From positions 21,824,001-21,888,000 of the forward strand of contig OZ281495.1 of the NCBI GenBank assembly GCA_965637545.1: a stretch of DNA of 64,000 bases. The letters are read 5' to 3'. The DNA is from Phallusia mammillata. Its lineage: Eukaryota. The position numbers and the translations under genes were made by a program. Of this stretch, positions 20,734 to 35,100 are shown piece by piece. Each line of letters opens with the position of its first letter. The stretch's first letter is position 1. The notes beneath the pieces are model-generated. The model made no database searches, was not told the origin of the DNA, and saw nothing but the letters and a program-made list of their open reading frames with translations.

Positions 20734-23700
20734 GCATGCCGTGTAGGCGTGGGGCTAACTAAAAAACTAAGATTTTCATTTTGTTGCAAATTTTTATCAA
20801 AACAACCAAACGACACAAACATACCTGGATCAACAACAATATAAATTGCCAGAATACACCAATTCATCACGAAACCGAAAAAAATAAACTCGAAATCACT
20901 CGAACAAAATGTTGTTTTATTTTAAAAATTGTACGGTTGAGAACAATGTACATTTACCGTAAAGCAAGTAACAGATTTACTCCAAGCTGATAAAAGAACA
21001 TTTAAATGCATTCCCGCGATCAGCAGATGATACATGTTTTGGGTTTGTATTCTATTGCTTTGTGCAGATTGACAAAAATGAGATTATCTCCACTGCAAAC
21101 AGATTTTCAATGTACTCAACACGCTTGCTCCACTCATACTGGCGCCCGACCATTGTGTTTTGTGTGGTTTCAGGGTTCAAACAGAACTGGAATGTTAGCT
21201 TCGCGGATTTTGAACGTTCCTATCTGATGTGTGATATACTTAGTACCAGTCTCCCAATTCACGACGCTTACGGTCAACGGCGGATTATTTGAATACTAAA
21301 CGACCAGCTATCCGTGTTACTGGGCCTGGTCAGCAGTTTGGCGTTTAAAGAGCGAGAAAAATGATGGATGTGTGGCAATAATCAGTCGTTTGTGTGATCG
21401 GCGCTGTTCTGTCCTGCGCTATGAGGACAAACAAGTCCCCATTCTGAAAAGCATATGCACAAGTAAACATTGTGTCATTGTGTCAATGGTATACTGGCTA
21501 AGCAGTGCTAATCTTTCGTCGCTAATTATGTGAGGACTGAAAAAGAATTTTTGGTCGTGCAAACAGAGATAGAGTCGTTGCTGACATCAGTTCTTTCAAC
21601 ATGTTTTTTAGACGCAACGAATCTTCTCTCTTCTTATGCAGTTCAGATAAAAAAAAACATTAAAAAAGGAAGCAAAATAACGAAAAGGTGAGGTGATAGA
21701 AATGTACATGGGGCGTGAACAAAATGTGTTCTTCTCTATAAGTGTCGAATAGACCAAAACAAAATGGCTCCGTAAATCAGTAGACAAGTTTGCTGTAGTC
21801 AGGTAAACTTTAGGTGCGGAAAAGGCTAATTCGCGAGGACCTGTTGACAGATTTGTCGTAGTACGAGTGGGTTTCACTTTATTTTTGGTATGAGGCCATT
21901 GCAATGAAGGCGTGTGTAATTGGCACTTGTCGGTATTGTGGAGGACACGCGCGGAAGGCCTGCGGTGAAGTGATCCAAATGTGCCAAGTGACAAAATGCC
22001 TTGTCGCAAGTATTCACTGAAGCACCCTTGGCCGGTCAAGGGCCGGGTAAGCGACCTCCCCACACCTGACCCTATCTTAAGAACGATGTATCTCGCCCGC
22101 GCTTACCAAAGAAATCCAACGGTCGTTGCAGAAGATCCCTATAAGCCTGACCTTGCTGCTCCTTGATAGGCTAAGAGAGGAGGCTGGACGGTTCAGGCTT
22201 TTGAACATTGCACGCTATGTTGCATACAAAGCAACATGCACAACGTTTTAAACTAATTGCAATATGTAGGGAATTTTTTTAACAATTTTAATCCCACTTC
22301 CTCTTTTAGAAATCTAATTGTGCTGTGGTAAACTGATTTTAGGTTTGTACAGTGCCGATTTGTGTTGCTTTGGATTACTTCATCAAATATAATGGATGTG
22401 ACACATTACACGTGAGTTTTAAAAATATTGTTTTAAGGTTTTGTTGTTGTTTTTGCACCAAATTGTGCTGTAATCCAGCTCTGGTTAAAACTGTGGTGAT
22501 GAGCCTAAAGAGTTGTGACTACTAGCCTAAGTATTGAACCATTACTAAACAGATAGGACAGTCCAATGATGAGTTTAGATGTATTGTTAGTAATCGCAGT
22601 ACTTTGTCAAGCTTATCTAGTTAAATGAGGTATTCCAGACGTGTTATAAAGCATTTTTATGAGAGTAAATGCTGACAGAAACGTCCGCAAGCCTGATGAT
22701 ATGTTCGTTTGCGTTTGTTATGTCTGTAACAACAAGTGACAGACTGTATTTTTTGTGTGGAATTCCGAGTTCCTTCCATTCTAAAGTGTTCATTGTCTGC
22801 CATAACAGGAAAAGTTACACGGTTTTGTTGTGCTGCCGCGACTTTGCTGAACACAATGGCACCAAAGTCACTTTGATATCACGTTTAAAAATTGGCCTCC
22901 ACTTGAAAGGAGTTCACACTGCCGAGTGGGCTGTTTGAAGGTACAAGCAGTGGTTACGTAACGCTAGAATGAAATACTCTACCCGTCAGGTAATGTTGCC
23001 TAAAATGGACGGGTGAGTCGTGTTACGACCAACGTAAACCGGATGCTTTCTACAAACTACTGTCGCTCTTCGGTGGGAGAGGACTGCGGATTTGGGTAAT
23101 CCAGCAGCGTTATAAAATGTGACACAGAGTGAAATGTAAAAAAGCTTAGTCATCGAAGGGGGTACAATGAAATGACAAACCGCTTTTGCGCACAAGTTTA
23201 TAGAAGAACTTATAAATCATCGCCCCCAAAGTCTAAAGTTAACGTAGGACATGTCACTATCGCTAAGTGTGCGTCCGTTATGACAGAGAACCGCAATAGA
23301 ACAACGCTTTGTCACAAATTTTACCACATGACACTTTTTCTAAAGGTCACGTTTCACTAAAGGTCACTTTGGTACTTTTTCAGGCAAACAGGTTTATACG
23401 AGAAATTTTATTTTCTGAAATTTTATTTAGGCCTACCTGCGATTAACAATAATGAACAAAAAAATACAAAAAGGATAGTTGGCTACAAACCAAACATGCT
23501 TGTGTATGTTTTTTTTCTGTGTAAGATGTTTCTTTCGTCGAACTGAGATGACGAAAACGAGTTATAGATTGTACAACACGACTTGCAAATGCTTGTATTT
23601 ATCACACCAATGACCGACAAGACAATGTTTTCTCACTCGACTTATCAATGAGCTTGCAATCAAGATTTAGACTACTAGCCGTCACAGACTACTAGTTTCT

Positions 23701-23895
23701 CCCAGCGAACTCACACAAAATGGCTGATTAAATCCATGCTTATCTTTGCAACGTGTTTAAACCTCACGCGTGTCTTATCATCGTTAATTAGAGGCCGTAA
23801 AAACGAAAAACTTTCCAGATTCTGGAACGCCTTTAAAGAAGATGGTTTCTTTACGTTGATCGCTGTGTTCACTTGACTGATGGTATATTGTGGAC

Positions 23896-26159
23896 ATGGA
23901 TTTCTACAAATGTTTGATCGCCGCTGTATGGTCGCTTCTGGCAATGAAGGCAGCAGTTGGCACGGAACTGAACCGAGGTAAACTGGATGGAGTGGGACGA
24001 ACATACGTACCTGCCGAATCGACAATTTTAAGCACGCCGGATCGTATACCGAATACAGCTACCAAAACAAAGTTAACGTCAGGTGTAGGCAAAAACAACA
24101 TCGAACAGAACGATATTTCATACGATAAGAATCTTAAAGAATTCTCGGGATCAAATTCCATACCCAGTCTCATTTCGATGGCATTCAGACAGTCAACAGA
24201 CAAGCAGCATCCCTACACCAAGTGTCAACTACCAGGTCTACAGGGAAACGTTGTACGGAGTTTTCAGAACCAAGGTAAACACACGCGTTTTGTCATCCCT
24301 AATCTAACCGGGTTATTGTGCAAATGGCAAAGGCGTAACAGAATCGCAGGTCAAGTTTTAGGGTCTTTGTCAAGTTGACTATTCCTCGCGTTCTGTTCAT
24401 TAGCACATGGCTATCAGGCGTCAAATTACTACCAGTCAGGGCTGCGATGAAAGAAGCTGTCAAATTTTATTCCATGGTTTGCGTTAGAGCATGCAAGAAA
24501 ATTTGCAGCAACTGTAGAGAAACTGTTCACTTATGAAGTCACAAAGGTGCCGCCGACACGTCCGTCGGATCATTGTAAAATTAAATGTTAAGCATCGAAG
24601 TGTAAGTTCGAAACTGCGTCTTAACCACGTTCAGCCAACAGTGGTTAGACAGCAGCTGAGCTAATGTTACTTATGATAAGAATTTTGAAGTCCAAACGAC
24701 GCAGGTTGCTTTCTCATGTCGCCGCGCCAAGTACAAATGTTTGCCATTCTCCAACATTCACGCAGGTTCGAACTAGGACCCATATGTAATACAAGTCTAT
24801 TGTTTGAAAGCTGGTGAAAATAGACAGTCTCATACACACTGTCTTGCGATGTGGTAAGAAGCACGTCAGGAAGCTTCATTAGGCACGTTGCCAATGAGCC
24901 GAGGTGACAAAAACTGCTCAAATTACATAAAGCTATCGATGTGCTCCTGCTACAATCACAAATGCAAACATTATCTTTACGTCAAGTGCCACATTTCACG
25001 GTGTTTAAGTTTAACTTTAGAAACAGAGCGTTGTTCATTTTATCTGATCGGCCACTGTTGTTTAAAAGACCATTTCTGTTCAATTGCTGTCAAGCTCTAT
25101 TAGTATGGGTGAATGTTTTCAGGGTTAACATTGCCGCTGGATGATGAAACATGGGTGATCGAATTGCGATACAATCTGCCAAGGAATGTTGCAAACGAAA
25201 CAGTTGTGACAGGTGTGCTGTACAGTCAAATAGAGGCTTTGTTTCAAGAACATGAAAATCGATGGCTAGGTTCTGGTCTTTCGGTTGATTTGGAAGTTCA
25301 CGAGATCTCGTTACAAAAATGGAACAAACTCGTGCGCCATTCGGCGTGGCGCAGCCTGACGGACAAAGTTGTTAGTAGCACACATCACAACAAACCACAA
25401 ATGAGATCTGCAGGTAATTTACTACGGTCAATATTAGCAAGACCCTACGCATCGCGTCGTATCACCATCAATCACTTTCGCGTACCGGAATCCACAAAAG
25501 TATTAGATGTCACTGCGACAGTGGACAAGCTGCGCGACCGCCTTAATCGTCGCTCAAAGTTTGTTTTTCTCAGTCGGGTTCGCAGGGAATCGTCTTTCGT
25601 TTCAAGTGGCAGCATAGGCAAGTGCCAGCTGCCCTTAGTCCCACAGCTGGTGCTCATCACCCTGGATAAGCATCATTGCAACGGGAGCAGTGCTGGACAT
25701 TCCAAAGATGATGACGAGTTTAATCCATTTTTGCAGAGGGTGCGAAGAGGTACCAGTCAGGAAAAAAGGCGTCGAAGAAAAGATCATGACGTGGTGGTCA
25801 CTGAAACTACAGGACACTTCGCCAAGTCGGATATGATAAAATCGGCCGTTTGTCAAAGGCATTCTATGTGGGTCCGCTTTGACGATCTTGGTTGGTCGGA
25901 CTGGATTATAGCCCCGCGCGCAGTTCAGGCTTACCGCTGTGCAGGGGAATGCCCGTATCCTCTTGGGGCCAGTCTCAACTCGACAAACCACGCGTTAATG
26001 ATGTCGTTGATGAATTCGGTGGAGCCCGAGAAGTCAACTAAGCCATGTTGTGTACCTACTAAGTTGAGGTCTGTTTCCCTACTTTACATCGATAATGCGA
26101 AAAACGTAGTACTGCGACAATTCGAAGATATGGTAATCGAATCTTGCGGCTGCCAATGA
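23896..26159 (+). CDS. GDF1/3: TGF-beta ligand of the GDF1/3 (Vg1/univin) family, 471 aa, 2 coding exons
   Basis: Exons 23896-24274 and 25123-26159, phase 1 (1416 nt). Signal peptide; prodomain motifs CQLPGLQGNVVRSF and LVLITLDKHHC resemble Vg1/GDF1/3; furin sites; 7-Cys mature domain ending NVVLRQFEDMVIESCGCQ. Lies in tandem upstream of Bmp2/4. Confidence 0.85.
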
Positions 26160-29100
26160 TGTTGCAAATCCAACTTTTTGGTATGTTATAAATATCCAGA
26201 TAAGCGTATTTGGGTTGTTATCCATTCACATGACTATTTTTACCCTGCTACCAGCGGTTGATTGGGTTTCGACTTAATCTTTCTGGCATATTCGTATACT
26301 GCATATGACCCGCGTTTGGCGACAGTATGCTTCGCCTGTAACAGATCCGTGACCTTAGACTGACACTTGTCAGGTAACAGCACAATACGCAGAGTTTCCT
26401 CATGAATCATTTTGTTTCGTTTCCGTGTGTTTTATGTCGGTGTTTCCATTTGTCTTTCCACCCTCTTAACACCGATGGGCACAAATTGGTTGTAATTGTC
26501 TGCTATTAAAGAGAGAGCAAATAAATCGTTTGAATGCTATTATGCTTGGTATTTTAGCTAGACTTGTATTACGAGACAATACATCAATTTTCCAAAACGT
26601 TTAAATGGCGGTGAACATAAAGTTTTATTGCCTAAATGTTATCACTCTATGCTTGTCCATGGCAACACTTAACTTAAATGATCAAGTTACATACCGCATC
26701 TGGAAAGTGTGCAGAACTAAAGCGGTTCGTTTAAACCAAATTCTTGACATTTTGTTTCTTTTGTTTGAAATGAGGAAATTGCTCTGTTGTGCAACAACAC
26801 GTTCGGCCGCCCGTGCCGCTGTGGGTCGTCGCTGCACTTTCACGAGGTTTTAGGTTGCACGGACCACACACTACCACTGAATTTGCCCCTGGAGAAACGG
26901 TATTGATGCCGTAATAAAAAAACATCAGCTGTAACAGTGTAACCTAATCACTTTGTTTTTAACGTCTGTGCGTTATTAATGTGTTGAAACAGCGTTGAAG
27001 TCGCTCTCACTCAGTGTTTTAGTTTTGCAACACACAGCGTTTTGACTGGTGGATTGTCGTTTGTCGGTGACGAGTAAACAAGGCAACGATTCGCGGAATT
27101 AATACTAAAAGGCGAAGGTATTACAGTCTTGTATCTGCAATGACAATCTCTTATCATGGGCCAATCAGAGCCGTACTTAATGTGTTGACTCTCCATGCAG
27201 GGCGGGGTGGTTGTGACGTCGCCGCGGCTTTATTAAGATCCTTAACTCCGTTATAATTTACTGGTGGTGATTCGAGGTTAAGATAGTCACGTATTGATAG
27301 AAAAAAAAATCCCAAAATATTTTTCCAGTATGAGATTAGCTTATGCGATCATGCCTGCAGTACAACGTAAGTTTAAAATCAGTTTAGTTCACATAACTCA
27401 TTAAAGTAATACAAGGAATTATGGCCTTTAAACGGGCACTGGCGACCGCAACAGTCTTTCCAACATTCACAAATTACTTAGAACTGTATTTGCACAGGTG
27501 TGAGGCTAACCGCATGATGGCACTGTAACCTCAAAACCGCACCGGTGACAAGTGACGAACACGCGTGATGCAAACACTCTGGCATCCGAGTTGGTAACAG
27601 ATCCGTTTCACCTAAGCCCTGAGTGTGGAAGCACAGCGCGTTGTATTGTATTATACTGAGCTGGGTCACTCTATGCATGTGCCATTTTTGTGGGGGCTTA
27701 ACACTGAATCAGCGCAGTGGTTTTGTGGTTATCTTGCATCACAAGCAGGCCTACCACGACTCGAGGCGAACTTATTGTTTAGAAATTCGATCTTTTACTA
27801 GAAAATTATAGATCAGTGGACACGCAGGAACAGTAAGATTCGCTTGGGCGCGAGTACAAAAGTGCAAACAGGTTTAAACCATATAAAACGGCTTTGTTTC
27901 ACATCAGTATGAAACAACTTGTTATGATAGCACAAAAATTATCAAGCTGTCGCTCATTGAATTTCCTTGTGATTTTTTAGTGCAATGCTCAAACAAAACA
28001 TGCAGAATTACAGCCATGGCAAATGTTGCGGTGCATTGGAAGCAAACAATTGGCGCCGGTTAGGGCTGGAAATGTGAGACAAGAAGCCGGGAAGATGTTG
28101 TCGTTTATTAGATCTTTGCGTTTGTTTTTCGATTATTCGCGCGCGGGATTTAAGGCGCTGGGGCTGTAAATCACGGGAACGCGCAAAGTCTGATGCTGCC
28201 CGCTCGGCGTCAGTAAGATAGCTTGTGTTGTTTGAGGAAGGTATTATCTGACGAAAATGCAAGTAAAAAACCTCGCATCGACCTTAATTAATTAATTCTT
28301 GTGTATTACTTTGTGCATTAACAAGGTATTTGAAATGAACAAAGCCCCGACCAGAAGGAGGGTTTGTCCAGGCGGTGATGATAGAGAGTTACGTTGCTTT
28401 AACCGGTCGCGTATGTATAAGGAGACTGCAAAGAAAGTTTACGAAAAAACGGTTGATGTGTTTAGGTTGAAAACATTGCGTCGACAAAAGATTTGTTTTT
28501 GAAAGGGTTTTGCCACAGCTGCACGAATATGGCAAACAAAAAAGTTGTTCTGTTTGGGATAAAAGTAATGTACCCTGAATCTAGAAAACGCAAAGAATAA
28601 TTTGTTTAGATCAATTTAAGAGACAGGAAATGGTGCTTTAGAATCGGATATAAATGGTATAGAACTCGGTCTTCAATGCTATTACATTGAATAGATCGTA
28701 CTGGCTGGAGCGACAGGAGCAATTAAACTAGCGGTATTGACGGCCTCAGTCTTTTATAGCGCATTGTTGTAAAATGACAAAGAGAAGAAAAAATAACACA
28801 TGGACTTGAATATATATAAATGAACTATTTACCGAGGCTACCATTTAAATCGCGCAGTCCTTCGGAGCCGCAGATGCCAATCTATGCTCATTGACTACAT
28901 ATTACATTTTTATGCTCTGTGAATGTATGAAAGGCAGATCGTACATGGAGATATTTGTCATTCATAGGCGCGAAAAAATATCGGGAATAATCTACAAATC
29001 GGTCTACTAAGAAAATGCTTGGAGTAGGGCGCAACTCTTGGCAGTGGTGCCCGGCAAAGAAGGCAGACAAATTATGGTTGACTTATTACAGTACTTACGA

Positions 29101-32100
29101 CATCGGGGCCGGCGGTGTGCCCTGACCGTGCAAGATGTGTTTTTTTGCCGCTGTTCACTGACATAGCTTGCCAAAGCAGTTACAGTCGTGCCAAGATATT
29201 GTGGAACATTGAAAAAGCACATGAAATTTTGATTGGGAGGAAGACGTGTTATTTGCAAAAAAATGCGTTTAATTTGCGCCTCTGTGATGTGGTGCTGCGC
29301 CGAACGTCGAAATTATATCGCTGTGGTTGGCACATATCGCGAGAGTTGAGTTCATTTGATGAGATTGTGCCGGGAGGGCGAAGGAGTTTCAAAATAGTGT
29401 GAAAACAAGTCAGCGGTAACCTTTAATTGTCGAGTTGAGAAGGTCAGGTTCAGCGCCGGAGCGTGTGGCATTGTCGCACGCTAAATCGAATTACTTTCGT
29501 TAGAGACCAAGCCGCCACTGGGGTAGAGGAATGCGGAAATTAGCGAAGTGGCAATTTTAAACCCGACTGGTTACAGGTGCGAACTCAGTTTCATACATAC
29601 TTGCCCCGAACATCAAAACCGCACAGTCTGCTCAAGGGCGATTGTTTGTGGCTTATAAGGTGCGATTAGGCAGAAGCAATTATGCCCGTAGCCCGCAACA
29701 GGTGGCTGAAGATTGAGCCTACAGGTTGCGTGCAGTGAAGCTGTCAACCTTGTCAAAATTCACGAGCCTTGCCAAAACAATTTTCAGGCGCACGATGTTG
29801 TTTAGGGCAAAAATGTCAGCCCTAAGAAAGAAGGAAACAATGACCTTCTTCAAAATGAAAAATTGCTGCAACTTTACAAATTTTGCGCCAAAGATAATTT
29901 AACCTATGGCAAATAAGTTTCGAGAATAAGTGAGGTGCGCAGCGTACACAGGAGCATTAGTTTATATAATTGTTGTGCTTGCAAAAGCTTGTGCCGCGCC
30001 CACGACATCCACGGTTTCATTACAACACATTTCAGTGCCGTGTAAGCAGGTTTTTACAGTAATGTTCAAACAGAGCGGTTGCAGGTTTGCTGGTAGTCCA
30101 AATATTTACGGTCACGCCCGGGCGCACATGTTGCATGCGACACTGTGGATATACCGGCATGTTTCGGGCACAGCACGCGTCCTGCCCATTTGCTTGACCC
30201 GCACTGGTAGAATGGATCGAGCGGTGGAAGGTTTGAGTGTTGTGACAACGTTTTTGCCCAGAGAAAAGTCGTTCTTGACGCGCGAGCACCAAATTCCAGT
30301 CACAAAAGCGTACCAATTGTGTCAGTTTTTGTGATACGGGTCCTTTCTCTGTCGTCCAAAACGGGACAAATTTTTGGCGAATTGTATCGCGGCAAGCGCA
30401 TGGAAGAAGGAGAGATGGGTGGTGGCAGAGGCGCCATTTGGATGCCTCGCTCCCTGGCGGCGCCGGCTAGTCGCACCGAGGTATACATCGAAGTCGCGAA
30501 TAATCGGCGAAAACCGACACTCGCAGTGTTGAGTCATTGTTTTGTGTTGGTTTTATTCTTGTAAATCGCGCCCAATAGGCCGGTGATTATACAGGCACGT
30601 AAAATATGCAGTTTAGAAGCGCTGGGGCATTTAGGAGGGGCCGCGGCAAGAATAGGCAATTGCCAACAAACCCTATCCAGTATTCCAAATGAGGCGCTGA
30701 CGTCGTCACTGCGAAACTACTCGAAATCGACAGACATCTTGCTTGCGATAGGCATCGTTCCGGGGGCAGATGAGCTTGGACGTCGCCCGCGTCGCAACAC
30801 AAATATTTTCCTACCGCGGTCAAAAATTGGTGAAGACAAATTCCATTAACGCGTGTTCGCGCCCTTCATCAATAGAAAATTTATAAGCGCGCCACCCTAG
30901 TCCGGCCAGTGTATACTTGATCAGTAACAAATTATACGCTCGAGTGGCGACTAAAAACTACCTTCACGCTCAGCGAAGCAATAAGGCCATTTGTAAATGC
31001 ACCCGATCGTAAGGATTTGCCCCAGCCGAGAAAGTTACACGGGGACGAGGGGATTTGGAGCTGGGCTTACTGCAGTGTTGTCTGCTTTATTTCTTCAAAA
31101 ATGTTGCATTGCCGTATGAATTCAAGATACATCAAATTTCTGATTAATACCATGAACAATATGACAACTCACAAAATTTCGTTTATATTTTCAAATACAA
31201 TCGAAATACCTTGAGCGAGCTAAACTGAATGTGTGTTTTTTTAAATGGTATGTTTACGTTGTCAAGTTTATTGTTTCCTTTGCCCCAAAAATTATTGGGC
31301 AGGAGTTAAAAACCACCTAAGGAAATAGGCTATAAAACAATAGTTAAAGGCTGAAGTAAACAGTCATCAAATCGGGAGTCAGGTAGTACGCGTAAATTTT
31401 CCATGGATCAGAGGCGGTTAACAACAAGCGCCTGCACCTGTTACGGTTTTAGACAGCAACGTTACAAGCCGAACGTGGGTCGAGTGCTTCGAAATTACAG
31501 GATGCAATAAGTGAAGATTTTCAATTTCAGAAAGCGTCAGTCAGCTTGCAGACAGCTGACCATGCGTAATAGATGGTTGTCGGGCCACGAACGCGACCAC
31601 TAAAGCACGTGAAATATTTCGTTGCAGATTTCACGACTTTACGAAAAATCTTGCAACGCATTGCTGTAAATTGTAGCCGGGTCTGTTTACCGGTGCTAAA
31701 ACGAGACAAGACGCCTATCGCTGACAATTACTGGATTATCACAGCAGAGGCGGGGAGCAAAAACGACTGATCAAGCAGCTCTAACTATCATCGTTGAAGA
31801 AATAGAAAAACTCTAACCTCCTGGTCAACCGCCGGGCAACAGGTGAGATTTTGAAACAGGATGTAAGCTTTAATTATTACGACCTTGCGGCATATAATCG
31901 GCGGCGTCGTTAATTAAAGTAGCATATGAGTAATTGAAGATGTGTTTCTGTGATTTTTCGTGCTTCTCCGTCAGATTTTTGCCCGAGCGCGACCGCAGTA
32001 ATTATAGGTGATTTGCAGAGGTCCTCGTTAAAACCCAACAATCGAATGCTTTGCTACATTGCGCGTCTTACAAAAATATCGCGTCGCGTCCAGGTGACAT

Positions 32101-35100
32101 TCCGACGAGAAGCGCACATCACAGGCTTTGCGTCGGGCCACACGACTGCAATTATACAATCTTGAATTTTTCAAACTTCGCACGTGGGCATTTTATCAGC
32201 CGGTTCTGAGTTTTGCGCCAAAATGCAGCTAAACTCTGCCAATCACGAATTTACGCAGTCTGTGGTGAAACTATCGTGGTGTCAATATCATGGGACGACA
32301 TGACCCCGAAAAAGCCATCTTGGTATTCGACCTTGAATCTGCGACTCGCAGCAATGTGCGGAACTTGGGACATGCCGCGCATAACATTTAAATCTGTGCC
32401 GATATTTCCTGATACGACATAAAAGAGAACCGAAAGCGCGGACGAAAATTGCCACGATCAAACATACGAAATACGCGGAAGTTGCGGTTTTCAAAAGCAT
32501 AATCCGTAGACGACTGTGTCGCGGGCGGGGACCCCCGCAAAAGACGATCCGCTTACCTTTCGCCCCTTCTTTGTTGCTGTGGGTGTTTGCCTTGGTGTTC
32601 TGTAACCCGCTCGTAATTAGCGAAACAAGACGTCTAACCTTCTAGTCGAAGGCATTGTATGACATTTTATTGTGCTGCTCTAGCCAGAGCGGAGCCGGTG
32701 GCCATTTATCTCGATACTTTAACCACCCGCATTTAGTCCGGTTCCGATTGGGAAAATTGTTACACCGCACACACTGGCGGAATGTGAAACACGTATCAAG
32801 CCTATTCGAGTGGTGTTTTGACTGGAATATGCAAGACGGTTATAAGTTACATAAGAAACGCACTAATGTTTTAAGTGGAGGAGTGGCCGGGTAGAAGGAA
32901 AAGGTTAAGCCGTTGTCGCAGTTTCGTTTCGTATAGCGACCACACTGCAAACGCGGATTTGATGGGATCGACTAATTTGTTTCCAAAACATTAGACAATA
33001 TTGATACTCCTGTTTACTCATGGACGGCGCCCGAGTTACCCCCAGTGTTGTTCGGAATAGGAGGATTAGCGACGCCCGTGTTGGACTTAGTCAAAGGTCA
33101 CTTTTCTTCGGCGGCCGTTACGATATACCGTCTCGAAAATTTCTAGCAATTATTGGCTTTGCGGAACAGTATCCGAGCCGCGCGCCTTTGAACATCGGAT
33201 GATCGTTGGCAAGCATGATTGTTTTACATGGGAAGGGGAGAAAATGCAAACCCGGACCAAAATGTGTGTGTGAGCGAGTGTTGAGTTAAGTATGCACGAT
33301 TAACAGCCATACACAAATATTACTACACTGAAAACACTGTTTCTTTGTTTGGTTTCTTTGTACAAACGCCGAACAGGTGCACAGTTGCGGGAAAACGTTA
33401 CACAACTAGACGTTAATAATAGTTTTTCGGATGTCCCAAAATACCACGCGAACACATTAACCCTGCATATTGTGTTTTGGGCACAACACAGGAAAATCCA
33501 AATGCGGCAACGCGTGATATGTTGGGGTATCATCATTCGTACACAACAACGCTATTAAAAGCGACGCAGACATTGATACTTCGATCTGATGCTTATTACG
33601 ACCTCATGAATGGCTTTGCGCGATTATTTGTTGGCGAAAAGAGCAGTGGTGCATTTACATTAGTACTAACGCTATCAGGGTTATGTACACAACAGCGGGC
33701 CATCCTTGGACAACATGGGAAGCCCATTGTTGACAATCGGAAAACGACAAAATGGCGTTTTATCATGCAGGTTGCCCCGTGACGGTAAACAAGCGGAACC
33801 TTGCACACGGGTGGGTGGGTCGAAAAATACAGCGACACAGGGTTGAGTGGAGTTTCGTAGAACTACACGAGAGCAAACATTAACCCAAATGATGGAAGCG
33901 ACCCCGATATGGTGGCTATGGCACTATTTGCGAAATTGGATACTTCTGTTTATATTTTACGCCCTTCCGCTTCACACGCACCACCGTGAAGGCACGGTAG
34001 CACACCTTTGCAGGCGTTTGCCGTCCGCAGTGAAAATTTACCAACATATGGTCGGCAACGACAGAAAAAACAACGCCTAAAAAAACTCGTCCGGCTGTGG
34101 CGCCACAAGTCAACCAACACGCTAATCCTCTCGGTCGCTCAGAAATATAGAGGTGCCGCTAAAAAGGGCATTTGGAACAGCCCAAATGCACGCCGCACTG
34201 ACCACCGCTCGTCACCTCGCGGACCATTCGTAAATAATGCTCTAACGCGGTCGAGCCTATGAAGGCGAGCTTTGTTTAATACATTGCAAGGGCTTCTCCT
34301 ATATATCTTCTCCATTGCGGCTCAAGACTTCGTCCATTTAGCGAGGTACTTTACACACGTCGGATGCGAAAGAACGGCTTGTAGTGTGTCTCAGGTGTTA
34401 ATTGACATAACCCTAAAACAACTGTATAGGAAATCCAAAAACACAAATTCAAACTTCAAAGTACACGCTGTGTTTTGATAATTTGCCACAAAGTTGTCGA
34501 AACGTGATGTGACGTACGGGAAATGTAAATAAACATGTAGTCGTGTGTAGCAACATGTCGCACGCATGGAATCTGGCCACGCCAACGTGTTTCTCGCACA
34601 AGCACAGTCTCCACGCAGGCGAGATACGATTTGCTGACAGGCAATGTGTACGGATGAAAAACACCTCAGGTATTCGCCGACCCGAACAGGTTTCCAAGCA
34701 GCGTTGCACAGCTAAACTGACTTTCGCTTCACTTCAAGCTGTGTGTGTATGTTACGGTAAATGAAAATACACGCACACGAGAAGACGGACCGGCCACAGT
34801 TGAACGAACGCCGACATTTGGCCCTAGGTAAAGCCCTTTTAACTGTGTAATTTATGGCATATTATTCCTATTGGCCAGTAATGTTTTAGTCAACGTCGAT
34901 TAAAAGTTGTGTACGGATTTAACCGATAAATCAAGAACCGCTATTACTTTGCGACATGAAGGAAATAATATCATGTTAAACAGGCGAATTCGTTAGCTAT
35001 AGTAACCGCGCTTTACAAGGAAATCTGCAGACTTGGGTAGGGCTCAAGGGGTGCGTGATAAGATCAGGATCGGAAGCGACGACAAGCATACTTCCAACCT

